Of a stretch of 64,000 bases of DNA, positions 51,013 to 64,000 are shown one piece after another (position 1 is the first letter of the stretch; the number at the start of each line of letters is the position of its first letter). Where the stretch lies: NCBI GenBank assembly GCA_043228905.1, contig JBHGNT010000004.1:12276001-12340000 (forward strand), in the 5' to 3' direction. A model generated the notes under the pieces. It ran no database searches. It was given only the letters and a program-made list of their open reading frames with translations, and had not been told where the DNA came from. The position numbers were made by a program, and so were the translations under genes. The DNA comes from Azolla caroliniana (taxonomy: Eukaryota; Plantae; Polypodiophyta).

Positions 51013-54000
51013 TGTCAGGAACTGCACGCTCCCTATACGCAACGCTCGGCCACAACCGAGCTTAGAATCATACACAGAAAACGGGAAGTAATGAACGACA
51101 CGAAGAAGAGACGAGTACGCAGGATGTTTACGTGGAAAACCCAAACTAAGGGAAAAACCACGACAGCCCACAGGCTGCAAACTATCACTATGCTAGAATG
51201 TACAACAGTGAGTTCATGGAGGCAACGACCTCGTGCTCACGATTCTCGCCACAGGCGGCGGTTACAACAGAGGCAACGACCTCTTTCTCTCTCTCTCACT
51301 CTGTACACAGTTCCACACACTCTCTTCTTACGCCAACAAGAAAAAATCAACAACAACAACAACAGTATCCAAAAGTTTGCCCTAAGTCATATTTATACTA
51401 ATATGACTTTTCGGCTATTTACAAATATAGCTTCGATGGACTCTCTGAAACATTTTTACGAATATGTCTCTTCATCCGGTGAGCATTCCTCACCGGGTCT
51501 GCACCATCCGGCTCTCCATAACCGGGTACTCCTCATCCGGTTCTCACCGGGTCTGCACCATCCGGCTCTCCATAACCGGGTACTCCTCATCTGGTACTCA
51601 TCAGGTCTGCACCATCCGGCTCTCCGTAACTGGGTACTCCTCATCCAGTTCTCACCGGGTCTGCACCATCCGGCTCTCCGTAACCGGGTACTCCTCATCC
51701 GGTTCTCACCGGGTCTGCACCATCCGGCTCTCCGTAACCGAGTACTCCTCATCCGGTTCTCACCGGGTCTGCACCATCCGGCTCTCCGTAACCGGGTACT
51801 CCTCATACGGATTCGGCCTCGGCCTATCGGTATTGTTCGTCAGTACTGTTCTTCTCCCTTCCCATCCGGAGGGACCTGTCTCCCAACAAACTCCCCCTTC
51901 ACTCCGGCATGGGGTGTCTTACTAGTCCGATCCTCTTCCGGCATGCAGCCAGCTTGTCGGGTATCAGCACTTTGGTCAGCATATCTGACCCGTTCTCGGC
52001 CGTGTGGATCTTCGTCAACGGGAACTCCTGGTCATCTACTCTTTCCCGGATCCAGTGATACCTTCGCTGGATATGCTTCGTCCGGGAATGGTAGGCCGCA
52101 TTCTTAGCAAGGTGGATGGCGCTTTGACTGTCGCAATAGAGTCGGTATTCCTCTTGCCGGATACCGAGCTCCCCGATGAAGTCCTTCATCCATAATATTT
52201 CCTTGCCGGCTTCCACAGTTGCCATGTACTCCGCCTCCGTGGTTGACAATGCAACCGTCTTCTGCAGCCTCGACTGCCACGAAACAGCTCCCCCTGCATA
52301 TGTCATTACATACTCGGATGTGGATCGGCTGGTATCCACGTCAGCCGACATGTCCGAATCGGTAAAACCGTCACGTTGAGGTTTTCCGGAGCCGAATCGG
52401 AGACACATATTTGAAGTGCCTTTCAAATACCAGAGTATCCATTTGACCGCGTTCCAGTGCTCTTTGCCGGGATTGCTCATGAACCAGCTCACCACTCCGA
52501 CTGCGTATCCTATATCCGGTCGGGTACAAACCATTGCGTACATTAAGCTCCCGACGGCAGAGGCATATGGGATCTTCATCATATCCGCCTTCTCTGCTTT
52601 CATCTTCGGGCTTTGCTTACCGGATGGCCTGCAGTTTGCCAGAAGTGTCGATCCGACCGGTTTCGCATATGACAGATTGAACCGGTGAAGCACCTTTGTC
52701 ACGTACTTCTCCTGTGACAGCTATAATTGCTTCTTCGACCGGTCCTGAATGATGTGCATCCCCAGCATCTGCCTTGCCGGACCCAAGTCTTTCATTGAGA
52801 AGGTCCGGTTGAGAGCCTTCTTCAGCCTCCGTATTTTGACTTGGTCCCGTCCGACGATCAACATGTCGTCCACGTACAGAAGGAGTATCAGGAAGTCGCC
52901 TCCTTCGAACTTCTTCACAAACACGCAGTGATCGGCCTGCGTCTTGTGGTACCCTTGATCGGTCATGAAGGAGTCGAACTTCCGGTACCATTGTCGGGGG
53001 GCCTGCTTCAACCCGTAGAGGCTCTTCTTCAACCGGCATACCAGGTGCTCCTTCCCTTTCTCCACGAATCCCTCCGGTTGCTGCATGTAGATCTCCTCTT
53101 CGAGGTCGCCGTGAAGGAATGTCGTCTTCACGTCCAGCTGTTCTACCTCGAGGTCCATGCTTGTCGCTATACTGAGCACCGTCCGGATGGAGGTCATCTT
53201 TACTACCGGGGCAAATATCTCGTCAAAGTCCACGCCCTTTTTCTGCTGGAACCCCTTCACCACGATCCTGGCTTTGTATCTCGCGGGGTTGCTTGCATGT
53301 CCCGGTTTCAACTTGTACACCCACTTGTTTCGGAGTGCCCGCTTTCCTTTCGGCAACTCCACCAATTCGTACATATGGTTCTCATGCAAGGAATCCATCT
53401 CATCCTACATGGCATTTAACCATTTGCGGCGGTGGGCGTCATCCTTCACTTCTTTGAAGCTTTCCAGCTCCCCTCATCGGTCAGCAGAACATGCTCTGCA
53501 TCCGGAAATCTCCGGGGCGCCCTTCTCTCTCTGAGAGGATATCTCTGTCTTCGGGCTTCGGTAACCGGCTCCTCCATTTGCTCTTCATCCGAATCCGATT
53601 CGAGGTCTTGGCCGGTTCCGGTTTCAGCTTCCTCTACTTCTGCTTCAGCCTGTTCGGTATCCTCACCGTAACCGGCTGGTCCCTCGAGTGCTAACCGGTC
53701 TCTTGCCGGTTGGGACTGCTCATTATAGAATCTATCCTTACCTGTCGACTCGGAGTTCATTATCTTCTTCTCCGACTCCCAGTCGGCAAGCGTCTTGTCC
53801 TCCATGAAGATAATATCTCGACTCCGGAATACCTTCTTGTCGACCAGGTCCCACACTCGGTAGCCGAACTCATCGTCACCGTAACCGAGGAATATGCATG
53901 GCCGGGTCTTTGGACCTAACTTTCCTCTCCGGTCCTTAGCTACATGCACGTACGCGAGACACCCGAACACCTTCAGATGCCGGTAGGATGCTTCCTTATC

Positions 54001-56555
54001 GGTCCATACTGTCTGTGGCGTGTCTCCGTCCAAGGGTACTGAGGGTGATCTATTTATCACATATGTCGCCGTTGATAGTGCCTCAGTCCAAAACTTGTTG
54101 GGTATTTTTCCATGTGCTAGCATACTCCGGACCCTCTCCATTATGGTTCGGTTCATCCTCTCGGCCAGTCCGTTTAGTTCCGGTGTCTTCTGCACGGAAA
54201 TTCGAGCCGGATTCCCTTCGAGCGGCAGTACTCCTCGAACTACCCCCGGTATTCCCCTCCGTTATCTGCTTGAACCGCCTTCAGCTTCCGGCCGGTTTCT
54301 CTTTCCACTCTCACGTGGAGCTCTTTGACGACGGATAGCACCTGATCCTTCGTCTTCAATGGTGTGGCCCACAACTTCCGGTTGTGGTCATCTATGAAGA
54401 AGGTCCGGTTTTGCTTACCGGCCAGACAATCAGTGCACTTCTCCAAGTGCACGTTCTTCACTGGAATGAGGTTGTCGTCTGCAAGCCTCTTCATCCCCTT
54501 CTTGCTCATATGACACATCCTCTTGTGCCACAGCTCACTGGCAGTGTCGGATGGAACATTCACTTCTTTCGGACATAACCGGGCATTCATCAGGTATACT
54601 GTGTTGACCTTACGGGCCTGAGCCACAATCAGGCTCCCTTTGATGAACTTCATGATACCTTCATCATCTAGAAGACCGGCTGATATCAGGTTCAGACGAA
54701 CCTCCGGAACGTGTCGGACATCCTTTAGTAGCAACTTGCATCCGGTTGGTGTTGTCAGCCACACGTCTCCTATGCCGACAATTCAGCATGTGCCTTCATT
54801 CCCCATCCGGACACAGCCGTGATCACCGGCTGAGTAGGATGAGAAGCATTTCCGGTCCGGGGTAAGGTGGAACGACGCTCCGGAGTCTACCACCCAGGTC
54901 ATCTCGTTGCCGGCAAGGTTTATCTCACTCTCCTTGGTGATGAGCATCAACTCTTCTTCACTTGCCACGATTGTCGTCGTTCCCTTCTGGTTCGGCCCCC
55001 TCCGGTCTTTACCGTTCCTGTCCGGGGTACGCTTCGAATCGGTACCGTCGGTTTCCTTGTCTTTTCGGAAATGCCCACAGTTCTTTTGGAAGTGTCCCGG
55101 CTTGCCGCAATAGAAGCAAGTAGGCCTCCCCCTTGACTTTGACCGTGTCCCCGACTTCTCCCGGTTCTGGGGACTACGGTTTCTATGTCTTCCGCGTTCC
55201 AATTCGGTAAGGAGCGCTTTGGAGTCGGAGCTCGTATCTTTATCTTTCCGATGCGCCTCCTCGTCTAGCAAGCTCGACTTTACTCCTGCTAGGGATAACT
55301 GCTTTCCTTCCGGCCCGGCGTTGCCCAAAGTGACAACCAACGTCTCCCAGCTATCCGGGAGGGAACTGAGCAGGAGTAGCGCTAGTACCTCGTCGGCGAG
55401 AGGTACTTCCAATGATGTTGCCTGGTGGATCAGCCCCTGGAAGGCATTCATGTGCTCTACCATGATGGAGCCGTCTTGGTACCGAAGTCTTACTAGCTTC
55501 CGGAATACCGAAACCTGATTAACAACATTTTTGTTTTGAAACATAATGTCGATCTTCTCCTAGAGCTCATGAGCCTTGCTCTCTTCATTGAAATTGTTGT
55601 ATAGGCTCATGTCGATGAAGCACCGTATGTACGTCGTTGTCTTCATGTGCATCACCTCCCATATTGTGGCGTCGATCTTGTCCGGTCTCTTGTCCCCGAA
55701 CTGAACGGGTAACCAAAGATCTTTAACCACGAGCATGTCCCTCATCTTCGAGTTCCACACTGAATAGCTGGAGCCGGTGAGCTTGAACATGCCGCCAAAT
55801 GATTCGTCCATTTTCTGTGTCATCTCGCTCTGATACCACTTGTCAGGAACTGCATGCTCCCTATACGCAACGCTCGGCCACAACCGAGCTTAGAATCATA
55901 CACAGAAAACGGGAAGTAATGAACAACACGAAGAAGAGACGAGTACACAAGATGTTTACGTGGAAAACCCAAACTAAGGGAAAAACCACGGCAACCCACA
56001 GGCTGCAAACTATCACTATGCTAGAATGTACAACAGTGAGTTCACAGAGGTAACGACCTCGTGCTCACGATTCTCGCCACAGGCGGCGGTTACAACAGAG
56101 GCAACGACCTCTTTCTCTCTCTCTCACTTTGTACACAGTTCCACACACTCTCTTCTTACGCCAACAAGAAAATATCAACAACAACAACAACAGTATCTAA
56201 AAGTTTGCCCTAAGTCATATTTATACTAATATGACTTTTCGGCTATTTACAAATATAGCCTCGATGGACTCTCTGAAACATATTTACGAATATGTCTCTT
56301 CATCCGGTGAGCATTCCTCACCGGGTTTGCACCATCCAGCTCTCCGTAACCGGGTACTCCTCATCCGGTTCTCACCGGGTCTGCACCATCCGGCTCTCCG
56401 TAACCGGGTACTCCTCATCCGGTTCTCACCGGGGTCTGCACCATCCAGCCCTCCGTAACCGGGTACTCCTCATACGGATTCGGCCTCGGCCTATCGGTAC
56501 TGTTCATCAGTACTGTTCTTCTCCCTTCCCATCCGGAGGGACCTGTCTCCCAACA
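51013..56555 (-). mobile_element. Element I: Tnt1/Tork-like Ty1/Copia nested in the integrase of H
   Basis: TSD TTATG at 51008-51012 and 56556-56560; LTRs 51013-51888 and 55841-56555; perfect tRNA-iMet PBS TGGTATCAGAGC at 55827-55838; ORFs 54783-55544, 53446-54195, 52721-53398 and 51899-52702; deletion in the integrase (NRTF-FIDDH). Confidence 0.96.
51490..51812. repeat. 54-bp CCGG-rich tandem repeat in the LTR of element I (six copies; three in the other LTR)
   Basis: 18-aa periodicity in the overlapping ORFs; LTR lengths 876 versus 715 bp. Confidence 0.95.
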
Positions 56556-59500
56556 TTATGGTCCGGTTCATCCGTTCAGCCAACCCGTTCAATTCCGACG
56601 TCTTCGGTATGGTAAATTCGAGCTGGATTCCCTTTGACCGGCAGTACTCCTCGAACTGCCCCCGGTATTCTCCTCTGTTATCTACTCGAACCGCCTTCAG
56701 CTTCTGGTGGGTTTCTCTTTCCACTCTCGTGTGGAGTTCCTTGAAGATGGATAACACCTGATGCTTTGTCTTCAACAGTGAGACCCACAGCTTCCAGCTG
56801 TGGTCATCTATGAACATCACGAAGTACTACGATCCAGCATGTGACTTCGTGTCCACTTGGCACACATCGGTATGCACTAGCTCTAGTAGTGCATTCCGTT
56901 TCATCGCTGGTCTTGACCGTAAGGAGGTTCGGTTTTGCTTGCCGGCCAAGCAATCAGTGCACTTCTCAAGTTGCACGTCCTTCACCGGAATGAGATTGTC
57001 TTCGGCAAGTCTCTTCATCCCTTTCTGACTCATGTGACACAACCTCTTGTGCCATAGCTCACCGGCAGTGTCAGATGCTATGTTCACTTCTTCCCGGCAT
57101 ATCCAGGCATGCATCAAATACAACGTGTTGATCTTCCGGGCTCGAGCCATGATCAGGCTTCCTTTGCTGAATTTCATGACCCGTGTAGCCTTCATCATCT
57201 AGCCGACCAGCTGATATCAGGTTAAATCGAACCTCTGAAACATGTCAGACTTCTTTCAACAACAATTTGCATCCAGTTGATGTCATCAACAACACATCTC
57301 CTATGCCCACAATTCAGCATGCACCTTCATTTCCCATCTAGACACAATCATGAGAACTCCGGTTATGTAGGATGAGAAGCATTTCCGGTCCAGTATCAGA
57401 TGGAATGATGCTCCGGAATTGACAACCCACGTTGTTTCGTCATAGACAAGGTTTAACTCATTCTCCTCGGTAATGAGCATTAGTTCTTCTTCACTTTTCA
57501 CGATCGCCGATGTTCCTTTCCGATCCTGACCTCTCCGGTCTGAACTCTTCTTCGGATCAGTGGTGTCGGCCCCTTTCTCTTTACGGAAATGCCAACAGTT
57601 TTTTTGGAAGTGCCCCGGCTTCCCACAGTAGAAGCAAGTAGGCCTCCCCCTTGACTTTGACCTCATCCCCGATTTTTTCTAGTTTTGGGGACTCCGATAC
57701 CGGCCTCTTCCCCGGTAATGGTCATCTTCCGTGACCAAGGCCTTCGGATCGGTTCCGGACTCTTGGTCCTTCCGGCGAGCTTCTTCATCTAACAAGCTTG
57801 ATTTTACTCTTATTAGGGACAACTGCCTTCCTTCCGCCCTGGCGTTGCCCAAAGTGACAACTAGCATCTCCCAACTATCCAGGAGGGAGCCGAGTAGGAG
57901 CAATGCAAGTACCTCGTCAGCTAGAGGTACTTTGAGCGCAGTTGTTTGGTTTATGAGCCCTTGAAATGCGTTCATGTGCTTCGCCATGCTGGATCCATCC
58001 TGGTACCGGAGTCTCACTATCCTCTGGAATACTGAAACTCAATTTATGACGTTTTTACTCTCCGGCATAGTGCTGATTTTCTCCTAGAGCACATGAGCTT
58101 TACTTTCTTCATTGGAGTTGTTATATAGGCTCATGTCGATGAAGCACCGGATGTGCGTCGTTGTCTTCATGTGCATCACCTCCCATGTCGTGGCATCAAT
58201 CTTGTCCGGTTTCTTGTCCCATCTCGTGGCATCGATCTTGTCCGGTTTCTAAATCGGCAACCGGAGATCTTTGACTATGAGCATGTCCCTCATCTTTGAC
58301 TTCCACACTAGGTAGTTGGAGCCGGTGAGCTTGAACATGCCGCCGAATGATTCTTCCATTTCCTTTGTTCGCTCTGATACTAGTTTGTGTGGAAATATCT
58401 TCAACAAGGAAGAGAAAAGAACAAACTGAAATCGAGATAACACAGGATGTTTATGTGGAAAACCCTAAACAGGAAACCCCACAGACTCCAACTATCACTA
58501 TGAGAGGGGAGGAATACAATGTGAGACTCGGAGGCAACGACCTTGAGCTCTATTATGTCTTCGCTAACCGGCAGTTACAACAGAAAACTAGTTCTATGTA
58601 TATCTCTCATTCACTCACTCTCTGTATACAACAACTCTGCAACAACTTGCAATAATCACATCTCATAATCATATAAAGTGATTGCCCTAAGTCATATTTA
58701 TACTTATATGACATTTGGGCTATTTACAAATATAGCCACGATGAGCTCACTATGAAACATATTTACACATATGTCCTTGGATCCGGTTTGCACCGGATCC
58801 ATTCGGATTCACCCAATCCGTTTCCGGTTCTCATGTGGAACCCTTCCGGATCTGGTTCCTTCATCCGGCTCATCCGGTTCTCATCCGGATCCCATCCGGA
58901 GGGACCGAATTCCCAACAGATATAGGCAGTTCCAACATACACCAGTTTGACATCACCGGAAAGGACATGCTCGCGGGCAAAATGTTAGCCCACCTCAATG
59001 TGCTTGGTCCAGCCGTGGAAGACGGGGTTCTTTGCTAACTAGATGATGCTAAGGTTGTTGCAGTATATCTTCATCAGATCAGATACCTCCTCCTACAGAT
59101 TGTTTAATACCCTTTTGAGCCATATAGCTTCTTACTGCTCCAAGCAATCACGTCGCTTCAAAGTGAAAACACAAAGCCCGATGTAGAGCTACGATCATCG
59201 ACATTTCCGGTATCATGAAGGATTCTAGCCACTAGGAGAAAAGGGAGTCGAATGCATGTGAACGGGGGTTTCGAGATGAGAAGGAGAACCGGTCGGTTGA
59301 GCGTGTGAACGAGGATGTGCAAGTATACACATATACGAAGACCGATGTACAAAGAAATGTAAATATGTGTAGAATATTTAAGTACTAGGTAGAGTAGTTA
59401 ATGTGTACTTTATGTCCCATACGAATAGGGGTTAGAGCACGCTATAGTGTACCAACTTTTGGCCAAATGTTTAGTACTAATTCTATGAGGAGGAAAGACT

Positions 59501-61186
59501 TAAAAATGTAAAAATAATCCAATATTTGGGTCTAAAAAGTTGATCATCACTTGTGTTAAAATTAAAAGTCACATTCAATGAAAATGGATTTCAAATATGA
59601 AAAAACATTGCACATCCTTCCACTATTATGTCTATGTCCAAGTGTCCCTCGTGTAGTCAATTTCATTTGAGGTTGTCGGTTCATAATCCTAGGTAATGTT
59701 GTACAGAGGTCTTAACTGTACAAGATCTCGAGTAGTCACTCAAGCATGAAGATAGTTTGTCTGTCTCTCCCACTCTCTCTCTCTCTCTCTCTCTTTGCTC
59801 AAAGTTTTATCTCAAATTGTCAGTTAATCAACTAGACTCTCTTTCTCTCTCTCTCTCTCCCTTTCCACTCGGTGATTCCCTAGGCTCGTACCTCCTCTCT
59901 GTCTCACTCTTTCCTTCCCCCTTCTACTCGTTCATTCCCTAGGTTCATACCTCCCTCTCTCAAGTCTCTCTCTTCCACCTTCTACATAGGTTTCTCTACG
60001 TTCTCTGCTCACTCTGCGAACACCATGTAATCCAAGCTCATCGTGTCCTCTCTGCAACAACAGTACGCTCATTGTTTACCCACGTTCTCTGCAAACACTC
60101 CTCATCAAGCCCCATCTGCATCTTCTAGGTGTTCTCTGTTGGCTACATTCTCTCTCAGGTGTTCTACTATGTCCTCTTTGCATTGACCTTTGCTCTGCTG
60201 GCCACGTTCTCTCTCTCAAGTGTTCTCTGCAAACTCCCCTTGTTGAGACCCATCTGCATCCTCCAGGTGTTCATTGATGGCCATGTTCTCTCTCTCAGGC
60301 GTTCTTTGCAAACTCTCCTTGTCGAGACCCATCTACATCCTCTAGTATCCCTCTACTGGCAGCATTCTCTCTCTCATGTGTTCTCTATCTCAGATGTTCT
60401 ATTGTGTCCTCTTTGCATTGACCTTTGCTCTGTTGGTTGTGTTCTCTATCTCAGGTGTTCTTTGCTCATTGTGTCCCCTTTGCATCGACCACAACTCTAC
60501 TAGTCGTGTTCCCTCTACCTCTAGGTGTTCTCTTCTCAATTTGTTATCTTTGCATCAACGCCTTTCAACGACCTGTGCTCGTTGTGTTCCCTCTACCCGG
60601 TGTGCTCGTTTGCTTGCAACCCGTGCTTCAAATGTGTCTCCTCTGCAAAGACTTCAACAACGACAACTGCAACCATAATGACATTTGGTACATGTTTTGC
60701 TATATGTTTGATTCTATCTGTTATTGTCGTTTAGGTTTTTTTTGTTGTTGTTTGTGTTATTCTCCCTTGATCATTTGAGAGCTTTGTACATGCATATGCT
60801 TGAATTTGAGAGTCTTGTACATGCATATGTCATTTTCTACAGGTGCTTGAATTTTGTACATGTTGATATATTAAAAGAGGGTTCTTGTTAAATGATCTTG
60901 TTCTTTTTCTTGTTCTTGTCTATTTGTGGTTGTCCTTTTCGTTGTTCGTGTTGTTCTTGTCATCCTTATTGTTATTGTTTTCCTACCTGATTTAGTATTG
61001 TTATGATGCATGTATATGTTGTGTATCGGGAGTTAACATTATGTTTCATGTTCGGCATTTCCTTGAATTTTGTACATGTTGACATATGGAATTACTGTTA
61101 TTTACTATTATTTACTATTGTTGTGCATGATTTATTGTTATTTACTATTGTTGTGCATGTGTGGCAAAGAAGAGAGGCAGGACTCA

Positions 61187-61961
61187 CATGACAAGGAAGA
61201 CACCCATGAAGAAGAAAATGGTCAAAGAAAATGTCAACACACCATGCAAGGAAAGAAAATGGACCCCATCAAAGAAAGTAAGATGACACCCACCAGATGG
61301 AGGCCGAAGTTTTCAACAACTTAGGGCAAGAAGATTTACACAAACATCCTTTGAGGTACAAAATTAGAATGGGGATATTTCCTTCGTGCACGACCTAACT
61401 AACACTTATGAAGACCTAGACATGTCGATGATGAAAACTTGGGGCTCATCACATCCGGAGACAATGAGAGGTTTCCACCTCACTCAATTGAAGAAGGATT
61501 ATATCAATGAACTAAAGTCAGGATATGAACAAGTTTATGATACGAAACATGTCCTAAACAATGAGGTAGGAGATGTCTTTGCACATGCATTTGCATGTGA
61601 ACTCCATGGTGGCATTGAAGTTGATTGGGAAAATTTTGCTCATCATCAATCATCACATTATAGAGGGTCCTCAAGTACCAACACTACCATGAAGTCTGAG
61701 GGTTGCTCTCATATTGAAATCCCAGCTAGGACATCTGTGTTGACTCAACAGATTGCAAAACAAAGAGCCACACTGACAGAAAAGCATGAAGAGAGATTAT
61801 TGCGTTGTATAGCTTCCATACAAACAAAAATGCAAGCATTGTATGCCGATTTGGAGAAGTTTCATCTGGTGAGATGGTGGCAGAGAAACAATTCACATCT
61901 ATGTCGAAAACATACGAATGGATTGCATCAACAATCCAAAATTCTTAAAGCGATGTGTTGA
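61187..61961 (+). pseudogene. Decayed ORF of unknown, probably TE-associated protein
   Basis: Coding-like composition with stops; motif FAHAFACELHGGIEVDWENFA followed by a coiled coil; preceded by a CT-rich leader-like region (59760-60700). Family not recognised. Confidence 0.4.
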
Positions 61962-62499
61962 AAGAGGTTTAGATACTCTGTGTCCAAACGTAGTTGAGCA
62001 CCCCGCTTGCATGGAAAGTACAATTACAAGTATTACTATATCACGATAATGGTTTATATTTTTCCTTTTTGGCCTTGTATGGTATAAAATATCATTGGTG
62101 CTAATATAGTGTATGTTGTGTCTCATTACTAAAGGTGTTTATTCTGTAGCCTTGGATTCAAGCTTGAGGCTACGGATGTTATCATTACACCATGCTTACA
62201 CACATATCATTTGTTACTAAAGGTGTTTATTCTGTAGCCTTGGATTCAAGCTTGAGGCTACGGATGTTATCATTTGTTATGCACTAAGTACCATTTCAAG
62301 AAAGAAAATATATGTTTGGACTGTAAAAGTACAGTTGAAGCCAAATGGTACTTAGCTTGGGGTTTGAAAGTACACTCCTATGGTATGTGATTAAGCATTA
62401 TGCAATTGTTATATTATGATTTTATAATTTTACTTTTGGTTCTATTCTTATACCTATGAGTATTGTTCAATCAAGATCCTTTATTCATGATTCAGTACC

Positions 62500-63280
62500 A
62501 ACATTACTGATTACAATGTTCTTTTTGTCTCCACTTGACCTAGGCTTTGCATGACCGAACAAATAGGCATGAAGGTCTTGGTTCTTTAGTACTAACATTG
62601 TTCATTACCACATGAAATATTGACTTTTTGTGTCCAGATGGTTCAGTATTGTGCCCTCAAGTCCCTTTTGTGTTGATTAAGTACTAACAATACTGATTAC
62701 ATTGTATTTCTTGGTGATCAGTTGATTAAGTACTGATTATTTAGTACTGAAGATCTTAATTGTCCACTGGACTACTTGTATTAGTACTAAATTGTTCATT
62801 ACATTGTATGTTTTGTGTCCACTTGACTCAGGCTATGCATGACCGAACAACACCACATGAAGGTCTTGGCTATTTAGTACTAACATTGTTCATCACCACA
62901 TGAAGTATTGACTTTTTGTGTCCAGATGGTGCAATACTATGCTCTGAAGTCCCTTTTTTGTTGCTTAAGTACTAACAACATTGATTACATTGTATTTCTT
63001 GGTGATCAGTTGATTAAGTATTGATTATTTAGTACTAAGGTCTCAATTGTCCACTGGACTACTTGTATTAGTACTAAATTGTTCATTACATTGTACATTT
63101 TGTGTCTGCTTGACTTAGGCTTTGCATCACCGAACAACACCACATGAAGGTCTTGGTTGTTTAGTACTAACATTACTGATTACTAATTATAATGTATTCC
63201 TTCGTGATTAGTTGAATCAGTAGTGATTATTTAATGCTAAAGGTCTTAAATGTCCACTTGATTTAGTACTAATAATATTT
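62500..63280. repeat. ~289-bp tandem repeat (about 2.7 copies) rich in AGTACT palindromes
   Basis: CTTGAC..AGGCT.TGCAT.ACCGAACA recurs near 62534, 62822 and 63108. Confidence 0.85.
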
Positions 63281-64000
63281 GTAATATTGGACTCATGGTA
63301 TAATATGTAGTCTTATAATATGAATGTTGTAGTATGTAGCAAGACCACGCTAGGGTAGGTAATGGACCAACTAGCCCTCGCGATACTACATACAAAGTCT
63401 GCTGCTAATTCCAAAGTCCACGGTCGTTCCTCAGTGATACTTGATGAAATTTATGATGAAGATGAATGTATGAGAAAGGCGATTGGAACAATTGAAGATT
63501 TATTGCTTCAAACAAATTCTCCTAGCTCGGCGCACCCTAACTGTGTGAATGGTAATGCTAATTGTGTTTGCACTTTTAAGTTCTGAAATGTTGGTATACT
63601 TCTAATTTCTTATGTTTCTATCATAGAGCCTATGAAGAAGCGTAATGCTGCAAGAAATTGTATGGAAAGGGGAAGAAATGCAAAGTTGATTGTTGTGGTG
63701 GGTCATACGAATTCTCGCAAACTTTGAGACTTGTAAAGTTATATTTGTTAGACTAATACCACACACTTTTGTTTTTAGAGAAGGAAGAAAAGATTAATGA
63801 AAATGGAGACACCGATTCAGAGCCACAATATGAAGAAGAATTTATCTGACTTCCAGGTACATGTTGGGAACCCTCTCATCTAATAGTTATTTTGACCATA
63901 TTACCCTAGTGACAATAATGTACAAGTGTTGTGAAATCTTGGTATGATGAAGAGCCCTAACTTGAGACTAGTACTAACCCAAGCAATAATGACAAGTGTG

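Larger units (their letters stand above)
48201..58918 (-). mobile_element. Element H: Tnt1/Tork-like Ty1/Copia, more decayed than D and I, containing element I
   Basis: TSD GATAT at 48196-48200 and 58919-58923; LTRs 48201-48762 and 58386-58918; PBS variant 58371-58382; fragmented gag-pol ORFs. Confidence 0.93.
27751..59210 (-). mobile_element. Element G: 3' end of an old Copia (RNase H, 3' UTR, PPT, 3' LTR) hosting elements C, F and H; outer limits approximate
   Basis: RTKHIEV..HF.RE (58924-59020) joins IFTK.LGLEKLRQF (48130-48195) across TSD GATAT; 3' region at 39269-39506 and 28330-28503; PPT read as CCCCCCCTTAAG at 28330; LTR ~27751-28329. Confidence 0.7.

Noticed and set aside
50965-52107. 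380-aa repeat-protein ORF
   Set aside because: Antisense read-through of element I's LTR; the 18-aa repeat is just the 54-bp DNA repeat.
30075-58000. Many plus-strand ORFs overlapping elements D, H and I
   Set aside because: Antisense shadows of GC-rich Copia gag-pol, with no independent motifs.
62140-62270. Helitron 3' end hairpin
   Set aside because: The hairpin is not followed by a CTRR terminus, and no Rep/helicase sequence is seen.

Overview
Eukaryotic, almost entirely transposon-derived sequence with no intact host gene. It is probably from a seed-free land plant such as a fern, an inference from the PLS-PPR remnants, a Tcn1-type chromovirus and spliceosomal introns. Most of the window is a nest of decayed LTR retrotransposons (Copia including three Tnt1/Tork-like copies, Gypsy chromoviruses, an Athila/Tat-type element, solo LTRs) plus a hAT remnant; most boundaries are fixed by target-site duplications (TSDs) read from the sequence. 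The standout is a 6,159-bp DNA transposon at 1760-7918 with perfect 33-bp TIRs and a 4-bp TSD (ACAT), inserted in a Copia RT. It carries a Sola-like (DUF7869-type) DDD transposase and, divergently, a six-exon gene for a ~932-aa protein that fuses a ParB/Srx-like domain to a prokaryote-type beta-class amino (6mA/4mC) DNA methyltransferase. Other notable items: tRNA-like A/B boxes in three LTRs, a self-priming signature, a retroposed PPR-derived insert, a 119-bp TG..CA hairpin element, and a conserved extra coiled-coil ORF shared by two LTR elements. All family assignments come from motif recognition by eye; no database search was run.
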